Assembly: GCA_963713605.1 (NCBI GenBank)
Contig: CAVQMO010000001.1
Location: 1,088,001-1,152,000 of the forward strand
Reading direction: 5' to 3'
Origin: an uncultured Nitrososphaerales archaeon
Lineage (GTDB): Archaea; Thermoproteota; Nitrososphaeria; Nitrososphaerales; Nitrososphaeraceae
Length of the DNA: 64,000 nucleotides
The notes under the pieces are model-generated. The model saw only the letters and a program-made list of their open reading frames with translations, was not told where the DNA came from and did no database searches. The position numbers and the translations under genes were made by a program. The number at the start of each line of letters is the position of its first letter. Positions within the stretch are counted from its first letter, which is position 1. This document shows, piece after piece, positions 46,982 through 56,666 of this stretch.

Positions 46982-47552
46982 ATGAATAAGAGTATATTCG
47001 TAGCGATGATTGTAGGAGTCATTATCGGGTACTCTGATAGACTCAACTGTAGTGGCAGGATATGCACAACCTTCCCTCCCTTCTGGAGAGCAGCTACGGC
47101 TAATCGAAGAATCTAGACCTTCACTGCCTTCAGGGGAGCAGGAAAGACTAATTGCGGAACTTGTTAAAGGAGGAAGCTTCCTAATGCCAATTGAGGATAC
47201 AAGAAAAGTGCTGGTGTCTTCAGAAGGTGCACCTATCGCTACTTCCGATGAGAATGTATACATTGCGTGGTGGATAAATGAGACAGGTAACGACGAAGTA
47301 ATGTTTAGATCGTCCAATAATGGAGGCTCAATATTTAGTGACAAAATGAACCTAAGCAACAGTACTGATACTGATTCACAAGATGTAGAAATAGATGCAG
47401 AAGGTGACAACGTAGCGGTAACATGGTGGGAACGCAATTCAACACAAAATGAACCTATGGCTAGAATGAGTACAGATAATGGTCAAACCTTTGGGTCTTT
47501 GCTGAATCTTGCTGCAAATGGAACTATTAGCAGTGGAGAACATACGCAATGA
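46982..47552 (+). CDS. Secreted protein with BNR/Asp-box (sialidase-like) C-terminal domain; frameshift in the signal peptide at ~47028
   Basis: ATG at 46982 (MNKSIFVAMIVGVIIG), a duplicated PSLPSGEQ, and SxDxGxTF-like motifs (SSNNGGSIF, STDNGQTF). Confidence 0.75.
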
Positions 47553-47610
47553 CTCGACATAACAAACAAGAATGCAATAGTAGTAGTATCACTATTGACC
47601 TATCGAGGCT

Positions 47611-49641
47611 ATGACATTTAAAGACATGATTCCCACTTTTAATGCGTCACGTTTAGCAACGGCAAAGAAATTTGAATCGATTCTGACGTATGTTTTCATA
47701 GGGATAACAATAGGAACATTAGGTCTGAGTACTATTCCCGCCAACAATTATTTGTTACAGGTGGCATACGCCTCATCTTCTTCAGGAGCTTCAACGGCAA
47801 CTGCAGCTGGCGACGCTGCGTCAGCGGCAGCAACTTCTGCAGGTGCTTCAGCTGCTGCTGCTGCAGCGGCTGATTCAGCTGCGTCAGCTGCAGCATCTGC
47901 AACTGGCGGAAGTGCTGCTCCAGTAGCAGCGGGACAGGCTGCTCGCCTCCGCAGCAGCAGCGGCAGGTGCTTCGGCAGCCGACAGCGCAGCCGCTGGGTC
48001 AGCAGCCGCAGCGCCGCGAGCAGGTGCTTCGGCAGACGCAGCTCGCAGCGCTGGGTAGCAACTGCTGCAGCGGTTGGAAATGATGATGACGACGAAGATG
48101 ATGTTGCTGCCGCAGCATCGGGTTGCAGCTAGTGAGAACGGAGCTTCGAGCAGCAGCAGCAGCAGCGGCAGGAAGCGGTGCAGCAGCCGGGGCAGCTGCC
48201 AGGATCAGCTGCAGCCGCAGGCCGCAACGGCTGGCGGCAGGCTCATCTGCGGTTGCCTCAGCATCCGCATCGGCAGCTGCTGCCGCTGCAGCTGGTAGTT
48301 CTGCCACAGCTGCTGCCGGAGCAGGCTCAGCCGCGGCTACCGCAGCTGCGGCTGGTGAAGATCCAGCAGCGGCAGCAGCGAGGCAGCAGCTAGTGAAGCT
48401 GGAGCGTCTTCAGCAGCAGCATCGGCGGGCTGGCGAAGCGAGCTAGTGCTGCGGCATCGGCAACATCTTCTGCAGAAAATGTTGGCGCATCTGCGGCTGC
48501 CGCAGCAGCGGCCGGAGCAGCAGCAGGCGCTGCTCGCATCCAGTGGAGGAAACGAGGAGGAAGCGGCTGACTCGGCTGCAAGTGGAGCACAATTGGCAGG
48601 TGAACCTCCTGACGCAGTTCCGCCAGAACCAGATGATAACCTGCCTGCTCAATGTCCAGAGGGTACTGTATTTAGTACCAAGGCCGGTGAATGTGTATCA
48701 GAGGGTCCGCAACCCATAGGACCACAGGAAGAAGCAGAACAAGGAGAACCACAAGCCGAGCAATGTCCTGAAGGTGCTGTATTCAACGCGGAGATAGATG
48801 CTTGTTCGTTCCCACTGGGACCAGCTGATGAGGCAGATCAACAAGGAGAACCACAAGTCGAGCAATGTCCAGAGGGTACTGTATTTAGTACCAAGGCCGG
48901 TGAATGTGTATCAGAGGGTCCGCAACCCATAGGACCACAGGAAGAAGCAGAACAAGGAGAACCACAAGTCGAGCAATGTCCTGAAGGTGCTGTATTCAAC
49001 GCGGAGATAGATGCTTGTTCGTTCCCACTGGGACCAGCTGATGAGGCAGATCAACAAGGAGAACCACAAGTCGAGCAATGTCCAGAGGGTACTGTATTGG
49101 TACCAAGGCCGGTGAATGTGTATCAGAGGGTCCGCAACCCATAGGACCACAAGAAGATGAAGGTGAGCAAGGATGTCCACCAGGTACTTCTTTTGTTAAA
49201 GAGGGTTGTGTTCCAGATTCACAACCAATAGGACCACAAGAAGATCAAGAAGAACCTCAAGGTGATGAAGGTGGAGGGGATGGGGGCTCTATCAGAGAAG
49301 ATCTACTGGGCGGACTCGACAAAAAAGCGCCCGTGACAATCTCCGGAAACCATGTCTTCGTAACTTGGTGGACTAACCAAACAGGTGACAATAATGAAGT
49401 AATGTTCAGAGCATCTGCAACCAACGGACAAACTTTCAGCGACAAAATAAACCTAAGTAATTCCACTGACGCAGATTCTCAGGATGCAAAGATAGAAGCA
49501 ACAGAAGGTGGTGACGTGATAATCACCTGGTGGGAGAGAAACCAGACAAGTGACGTACCCGTAGCAAGGATAAGTAACGATAATGGGACAACATTTGGAC
49601 CCATTCTGATACTTGGTTCAAATGGAACTCTGGGGGAATAA
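47611..49641 (+). CDS. Large secreted protein: poly-Ala/Ser/Gly block, Cys-containing acidic tandem repeats and a BNR/Asp-box C-terminal domain; multiple small indels
   Basis: Signal peptide ending AYA, then GCN-codon runs at 47780-48600 whose Ala frame shifts between ORFs. CPEGTVFSTKAGEC repeats follow, and the C-terminal domain is homologous to that of the upstream gene. Confidence 0.75.
48650..49160 (+). repeat. 213-bp coding tandem repeat (~2.4 copies)
   Basis: caatgtccagagggtactgta recurs at 48650, 48863 and 49076. Confidence 0.92.
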
Positions 49642-50086
49642 TTGGAAGGAGAATAATAGGGATTGGACTAAGAGCCGATCCGTTTCAGTTTCAGTAATAT
49701 ATGAAAGTATCAGAAGAGAACTAAGACTGACAGATCGAATCATGCAAATCAACCTGGTGTTTTTTTTATATAATGTTCCCTATCCCAGGCGAGAGGAGGC
49801 AAGAACAGGACACTCTTCTGGAAAAATTTGTTTATAACGATTATAATAATAACTTACTCCGTGTTCCTTTAGAGGGTTCCATTGCATTGTTCTCATTTAT
49901 CTGCTCGGGGATTACTTATTATATTCCTGCGAGATATATATGACATAGTCGAAGGCAGCTTCTAGAGGTCGACATTGCTCAATCCTCATAATCATTTTTG
50001 ACGGACTAATTGTTACTATATAAGGAAATTGTATAGGGAATAAATAAAAAACTGAGGAAAAGATGAGAAAAAAAATATTTATTTAT

Positions 50087-50686
50087 TTATCTATTTAATG
50101 GCTTGGCGACTGCATCTACCGTATATGCTACTGTGAACTTTGAGCCATCCAACGTATGAAAAGACAAAGCATCTCCTGCGAAATTTGCAGAACCAGATGG
50201 TAGTGATGTTCCGCTAGCTGTCTTGAGGAGAGTAAATGCAATTGTCCCATTATCGATCTTCGCTGTTACTGGCTTACCGTGTTCGGCATCTGCGACGATG
50301 CTGGAGTTGTAACTATGCCATAGCTCAAGTTCGACAGGCTTGCTGGAAGCCCAGGAAATAGTGCCTACCCAGACTTTGCCGTCATCCCTTGCAGGAAGTA
50401 CTTTAACTATTTGATGTGTCTCGTGTATAGGTAGCGTACCCGCATTTGAGACGGCGGTTTTCTGTGCCGTAAACTCGTCATCCATACTCGAATTAGTGGT
50501 TGTTGGCTGGGGGTTTACCGATGTCGATTGTGCATATGCCACATTTGCCGGCGCTCCAGCCGAAGCAGTATAATATACTCCTAAACCCACTTCTGCCGAT
50601 GCGAAGACTGTGACTGCGATGGCAATTACAATAGCCTCTTTTTTCTTGTACGCTTGTTCTCGTTGTAGAGAGATCATATTATCACT
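50087..50686 (-). CDS. Secreted hypothetical protein (paralog of 63002-63715); start uncertain
   Basis: TM segment plus the domain VLPARDDGKVWVGTISWASSKPVE...GSANFAGDALSFH...FTVAYTV. Confidence 0.7.
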   Translation of the reverse strand, partial: SDNMISLQREQAYKKKEAIVIAIAVTVFASAEVGLGVYYTASAGAPANVAYAQSTSVNPQPTTTNSSMDDEFTAQKTAVSNAGTLPIHETHQIVKVLPARDDGKVWVGTISWASSKPVELELWHSYNSSIVADAEHGKPVTAKIDNGTIAFTLLKTASGTSLPSGSANFAGDALSFHTLDGSKFTVAYTVDAVAKPLNR

Positions 50687-51518
50687 AATAGAAGTAACAG
50701 TAGATAATAGTATTGCTCCTGTTGGCGGTGATGCGGCCGCCGCCCTCTGCTTAGGTAATGCCCCCAAGTGTGCCGGGGTCTTATCTTCGATGTCCTCGGA
50801 AAGTCTCACTCACCAAATATTGTGGAAAAAGAATCCCAGGTATCATAGTAGGGTGCAGCATCTAAGAGGAAAACGCATATTTGTTAATTTATTTCGGGGG
50901 GGTGCTACCCTATATTCGTTGACGAATTTGCATGCATGATATTGCCCTCCATGGTAATTTGTCCTGGAAGCCTGTCCTTGGAACTTGCCTCAGGATTAAT
51001 CCTTCTGGATTGGGTGGGCACTTCCAATACTTTGTAGAAACCAGTACCTGTATCAAAGTGAATACTAGTCATATTATCAATAATTAATTTTAGGATACCT
51101 TCCAGAATTTATTAATACGACCGTATCGGTGCTATGCTGATCAGATTAGATGCAGTCCTCTTCTTGGTGAATATCTGCTACATTTGTGGAGTTTCTGTAC
51201 GTTTTTCTGTCATATATGTGACTGCTGTGGCCACGTATACATGTTGCTGGCTAAAGAACTGCGGCTGGTTGATTAAAAGGAATCAGGAACGCAAACACTA
51301 GCGAATTTAATCACTCTATCTATACAAAAAAAGTCGATGTATAGAATTCTTATAATCTCTATTATAAGTAGTAGCATCTTTTGATTGGAATGGTGGGGGT
51401 TGGGGCTGGCTATTGAGCCAGTCTTATTCTTATCAGAATCTGTGTCATTTATTATGCTGGTTGCTGTATCCAGAGATTGCGTGCATACATATATGAGTAA
51501 TAGGATCTCACTTAAGAT

Positions 51519-51845
51519 ATGTCTGAAAAATCGCCGGATACTAATAAAGAGACTACTGGGAACAGAGAAGATAATATCAAAAAATACGCTGAGCTTATCG
51601 AACGATATCTCAAGAATCAGACCCTCCCGCTCTCAGAAAACGATATTGTCAAAGAAGTTCTTAAAATCAACTTGGATACTGACGACGATATACCTTCCTC
51701 AGAACACGATCTTGAAAGGCTGGCAGAAGTTAGAGGGTCATTAAGAACTCTAGTATCCCAAGGAAAGGTGTTTCAGACATTAGTTCTGGATCCGCAAACC
51801 AAAGAACAAACACCCTACTACATATGGGAGAAAGACGAGAATTAA
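51519..51845 (+). CDS. Hypothetical protein (possible winged-helix)
   Basis: 108-aa charged ORF containing VRGSLRTLVSQGKV. Confidence 0.6.
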   Translation: MSEKSPDTNKETTGNREDNIKKYAELIERYLKNQTLPLSENDIVKEVLKINLDTDDDIPSSEHDLERLAEVRGSLRTLVSQGKVFQTLVLDPQTKEQTPYYIWEKDEN

Positions 51846-52319
51846 TGAGTAACTTGAAGGGACTAATGTAGCAAAGTTATGCCTCTCATTATCTTGGTTG
51901 TTCTCTTCCTCTGATGGCCCCTCTTTAAGAATACCTTCCTCTCCCCGAGGCATATCTTCCTCGATTTCCTGTTCGATAATACTATGCTTTTATATCCTCT
52001 GAATATTCTTTTACGTTATTTGGAGGGAGTTCCGGCTTTTAAAAAAAGTAAGCTGCATTTCAGAACAACAATACGCGGTATCGCAAATATTCCATCAAAT
52101 TTTTTCGATCGAAAATGAATTGAAAATGCCTACAAAATTACAATTCATATAAAGTAGTTTCTTCTGAAGATAAAGTCTAATCTAAAGGTCAAAATAGTGA
52201 GTGACGTTGGGATAATTTGAGAAGGAGAAGCCGGAACGAAACCAACTATATTGTCAGGGCAAAAAAAGAAAAGGCTCTAAAGGTTCGTATGTGCTGATGC
52301 TTTATTTGTTATTCCGTTA

Positions 52320-52979
52320 TTAGGGGAGTACGATGGTCTTGTCTGCCGGAGTTACGTTGTCCACACATACTGCTTTCAGATTTTGAGCGGATGGTAACGG
52401 CACTAGATCAAAGGCTACTGCTTGTCGGACATCATTTCCTGGTCTCAGCGTAATTGGGCCATCAGGATGCAGAGCATCTGGCGAGCGGAATTCCCTTGGA
52501 ATGTTTTGCATGAAAGCTAACTGATTGTCGACAGTAACTCGTCCCGGTTGGTTTAGGGTTATTTTGTCTACCTGGAAAGGTGCTCCTGCCTTTGCACATA
52601 GGGACCCTGGGGCTGGTGTTTTGAGGCTTACAAAATGATTGTGCCATACAGGATCAAACTTATCTTTCTGTACTGAGCTATCGAGAACACCTGCATGCGT
52701 TGTTGTCACTATTACAGCGGAGGTTTGTACCGATCCTCCTTTGGCAGTTAAGAGTCCATAGCCAAATGCACCCCCTTTTCCGTCCTTAGGTATTACACCG
52801 TGTGCGATAAGAGCAGCGTACAGTCCTTTTGGAGTTTTCAACACTAGTGCCCTGTCCAACTTTAGCAGGTCAGTTAGTGCTGATACCAATATCGGGGATA
52901 TAAGTATCATTGCGGCTAAGGCGGCAGCTATTAGAGAGCCATACAAGATTTTGGTGTTGCCAGCGATTGGGTTTCGCAT
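52320..52979 (-). CDS. Secreted hypothetical protein with His motifs
   Basis: Signal peptide, GAFGYG, TTHAGVLDS, WHNH and a Cys pair. Confidence 0.75.
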   Translation of the reverse strand: MRNPIAGNTKILYGSLIAAALAAMILISPILVSALTDLLKLDRALVLKTPKGLYAALIAHGVIPKDGKGGAFGYGLLTAKGGSVQTSAVIVTTTHAGVLDSSVQKDKFDPVWHNHFVSLKTPAPGSLCAKAGAPFQVDKITLNQPGRVTVDNQLAFMQNIPREFRSPDALHPDGPITLRPGNDVRQAVAFDLVPLPSAQNLKAVCVDNVTPADKTIVLP

Positions 52980-53743
52980 TTCAAGTCGATATTTGCGTTA
53001 TTGGTTTATTAGAAATAGGATCACTAGGACGATCACTTAAATCAGATAAAAGAGAGGGGAAATTGTTGGATAGCGACAATATTTCTATTATTGTCTATAA
53101 AGGGGGCTGTTTTATCCAGAATTACTCAAATCTTTCCTTCTTCCAAGAAATACCATTCCGATTCTTTGTTCTGCCATCGACCTCTGGGCCACTGGGTTAC
53201 TGAAGACAGTAATACTGCACATACTCTCAAGGAGGTATTGGTTCAGGACCAGGATTTTGGATTTCGAACATCCATCCTCTACCCTGTATACTTGTTCTAA
53301 CACAAATGCAGGATTTATCTCGCTGCTTTGCGCTACCGGGGGTTGGTTAACCACAAAGTATGTGCCTCAGGCCGCAATTTCATCTGCATCACAAAGTTCA
53401 AATAATAATATAGTGGAGTCTGTCCAAGGATTTATCTCATTCCCAATTGCTGATTTGGTTCCTGCTCCCCCTCTTTCTGGTCCTTCTGGACCGGCTGAAG
53501 CTTCCCTGTTAGTCTGTTAGGAACATTCTTTGCGCCTTGTTTATTGGGATTAATGTTTACAGCTTGAGACCTTCTGCGGGCCAGCTGTTTGCAAGTGAGG
53601 AGGAAGTTTCAAAGGTATTATCAAATGTTAATATCTAACGATTCTAGAGCCTTAGATTCGCAGATTATTAGTACTAAATGGCTCTGAAAAAAGAAAAAAA
53701 GGACGGAAAAAGGTCCGTCAGTTTGCTTTGCGCTAAACTAGGG

Positions 53744-54233
53744 CTAGTCGTCGCCGCTGCCGCTAGATGCTGCCTGCTGCCGCTGAAGAGCCGCCGTCAT
53801 CATCGCCGCCGCTAGATGCTGCCGCTGCTGCTGAAGAGCGCCGTCATCATCGCCGCCGCTAGATGCTGCCTGCTGCTGCTGAAGAGCCGCCGTCATCATC
53901 CTCGCCGTGGTCGCCGTGGTCGTCACCCCTATAATCGCCGTGGTGGTCGTCTCCATGGCGGTCGTCATCTTCTTCGTCGCCACTTGCTGCTGCCGCTGCT
54001 GCTGCAGATCCACCTGCCGCTGCTGCCGCTGCTGCCGAGTCACAGCTGAGCTGCTGCCGCCTGCTGCTCGCGTTACCTGCTGCCGCTGCCGCTGCCGCTG
54101 CTGAATCACAGTCGTCGTCATGATCATCGTGGTCGTCACCTGCAAAAACTGCCTGTGGAGTCACCGATACTCCGGAGACTAAAGCTCCTAACGTTAACAA
54201 CACTGCCAATGGTAGTACTAATTTTGATTCCAT
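53744..54233 (-). CDS. Secreted poly-Ala, Asp/His-rich low-complexity protein; small indels
   Basis: Signal peptide ending VFA, then GDDHDDHDDD, AAAAAAA blocks and DDHHGDYRGDDHGDH. Three copies of DDDGGSSAAAAASSG follow. Confidence 0.75.
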
Positions 54234-54635
54234 CTTCTTATAGAGGAAAATTATATAATATTTAAAGGTTCAGAACATCTGTAACTTAACATTAGCTGTT
54301 TTGGCCTAGAAATTTATATTAAGTTATGTTAAGGTATCTTTCTAACGTGGGTTGCAACAGGTCTTGTTTGCCCAATCGTGACGATTTAGTTTAGTTTATG
54401 AAGCCAAGGCAAACTCCTGTTGTTGAGTCATTATTTTCATTTCTCTTCCGGCCAATTTATCCGGTTTTTATCTATACAACCCACCCTAATTCGTAAGGAG
54501 ACTGGGCTATCCGTTCCCCTGTCGACATAAATGTCATATCAAAGGTCATAACAATAATGACTCTCTAGGCACTCCAACTTGCAAAAAATGGTCGTCATTC
54601 ATTTCAGGAAAATTGTTTGGGTCTTAGGAATAGTG

Positions 54636-54929
54636 TTATTGAAGATCCTTAATAATCTTCATTCCTTCCTCAGCACTAAAGGCTTTCAAGGTTTTGGTTC
54701 TCACATTCCCAGCCGACCCAACTTTGAGCATCAGAGACATTACCGATTCATCATTTGGTGCTTCTATGATGATTACTACATCATATTCTCCGAAAGTATA
54801 GTAACCTCCAACTAATTTTCCGCCTACTTTCTCGACCGATGTTTTAAAGGAATTATACCGGTCTGAAGACTCATTGATCTTGGCAATGCCTTGTTCTGTC
54901 CAATTTATGAGTAAGATATAGTGTGACAA
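54636..54929 (-). CDS. GYD domain-containing protein
   Basis: WTEQG...GGKL...YTFGEYDVVIIIEAP...GNVRTKTLKAF. Confidence 0.9.
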   Translation of the reverse strand: MSHYILLINWTEQGIAKINESSDRYNSFKTSVEKVGGKLVGGYYTFGEYDVVIIIEAPNDESVMSLMLKVGSAGNVRTKTLKAFSAEEGMKIIKDLQ

Positions 54930-55311
54930 GTGTAACAGACAGATACCTAGGCTACTATTTATATCTCACAGATGTAACTAGTTGCTATCGTTAGATTAAA
55001 TCACTATTCTCGCCCCAATTGCTGGCTTATTTGCTTGCTTTGAATATCATATAATTTTTCTCTCATCCCTTTCGCATTTAGTGCTGGCCAACCCATTTCG
55101 AGTAAGCAAACTTTGCATCACTGCATTCATTTAGCAACTTTAGGTGCCTTGGACTGGTGGTCTAATTTATTTATGGCTATCTGTAATGATCGAATATGAG
55201 AATGGAATCTAAGAGTATGCTAAATATTGTGTTGTATCTGTTCTATTAATTAGGAGTTTAAAGCACCGACATTCAAAGAATGAAAAAGAAAAGAGGAGCC
55301 GTAGTAGCTTT

Positions 55312-55552
55312 TACGGAGAGTCTTCGTTGACCCGCTATCCCTACGGCGTTCTCGTCGCCTTGTATTTGCGAGCCAAGGTTTTGACAGAATACATTCAATG
55401 GAAGTTCTCCATTTCCGCAGGCATTAGCCTGTGATGTTGCTTGATTGTACTCTCTTCTTGTCTGCAAAGGCACTGTCTGTTGTTGCAAGTGCGGTCGCTC
55501 CGATCAGCATCGCTGTCATTGCTGCCACAATTACAAAATATTTGGTGTTCAT
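55312..55552 (-). CDS. Small secreted two-Cys protein (SQANACGNGELPLN family); frameshift at ~55453, 3' end approximate
   Basis: ATG at 55552 gives MNTKYFVIVAAMTAMLIGATALATTDSAFA, then YNQATSQANACGNGELPLNVFCQNLGSQIQGDENAV. Confidence 0.75.
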
Positions 55553-55589
55553 GTTTCTATTAACTTGAATGGATCCTCGTTTATCTGGA

Positions 55590-55623
55590 TTAAGCAAATT
55601 CAGGCTCTTCCTTAAATCTGATA
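55590..55623 (-). promoter_or_regulatory. Conserved upstream element shared with the paralog at 60865-60898
   Basis: + strand TTAAGCAAATTC-N9-CTTAAATCTGATA, 38 nt from the ATG. Confidence 0.7.
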
Positions 55624-55991
55624 ATTTTTCTGTGAGAAATATTGAAAAATTAAAAGGACTTGCGCACAGCTAATTGTTTTACACTCCTAGATCATTAAAT
55701 CCGACTACCGTATTAGCCCTGCATAATAATGAGCTCTAATGCATAAAGATGCTTTAGCCTTCGCATCGCGAATATAGACCATCAAAACTATTAGACTACA
55801 CTATTGCTCGTCGCGTTAAGGAAGTCATCGATATGATAGTAGAGTTTGTTGGTGCATTATTTCTCTCACACTATGTATGAGATTGTAGAATCTGGCAGGC
55901 TTTGGGATTGTTCCTTTGACGATCATAATACTCTATTCTGGAATTAGGTTTGCTGCTCTACTCCTACCAACGTTACCAATGCCACATCACC

Positions 55992-56112
55992 ACGATAATT
56001 AAGTCTTATCGCGATAAGCCCTTGGCGTTTTCTTTGTCATGAGCAACCACATAACTACGATAATTAGGTCTTATCGCGATGAGCCCTTGCGTTTTCTTTG
56101 TCACGAGCAACC
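55992..56112. repeat. ~57-bp imperfect direct repeat (65-bp period) containing palindrome CTTATCGCGATAAG
   Basis: acgataattaagtcttatcgcgataagcccttggcgttttctttgtcatgagcaacc at 55992, with a near-copy at 56057. Confidence 0.85.
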
Positions 56113-56666
56113 CCCCAATCTTGGATTATCTTCAAAATATCAAGTTAACGATGTCTTAAGGCAGAAAGTATCTATTACAGATAGAAATCCCTACGGTTTC
56201 TAAGCTCCTCATTGACACAAGAAACTATATGAAATGCCATTGTTCCACTCTCTCCTAATCTTTTAACAATTTCTGCATAGAGATTTTCTCTTATCTCTTT
56301 AGCTCTTTGGAATTTACCGATTAACCATATTGGTGCGCGTTTTTCACTAATTCGCTATTGACATTCTCGTTTCCTTTCCTACCATGAAAGTCTATAAATC
56401 CACCTTCACGACTAAAATCCTCAAAACTGGATTAATTGCCCATTTCTATTATTTCTTTAGCCATTGCATATTTCACTGGATACTCAATATCTGGAATACT
56501 CTAGTAACAAGATCCAGGATCAATTTAGTGTAGAAAAAGGGGTTGATAATACCCTCTAAAATGTTATAACTGTTTATGATCGCTAAATCAGATCTATTTA
56601 TCCTATGGCTGTTTTGACGATTTGTCGTAAATAGTTTGTTTGCCCTGAAAATCTTAATCTATAGAT

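Noticed and set aside
47999..48652. Gln/Arg/Cys-rich ORFs in alternative frames (also 53744-54145)
   Set aside because: They are off-frame or antisense readings of GCN poly-Ala codons.
48650..49160. CRISPR array
   Set aside because: The repeats are 213-bp in-frame coding units without unique spacers, and no cas genes are present. The two-copy repeats at 27142, 41889 and 55992 are also not arrays.
53090..53620. Short ORFs between the secreted-protein genes
   Set aside because: They are fragmentary with stops and probably a decayed gene; no product can be supported.
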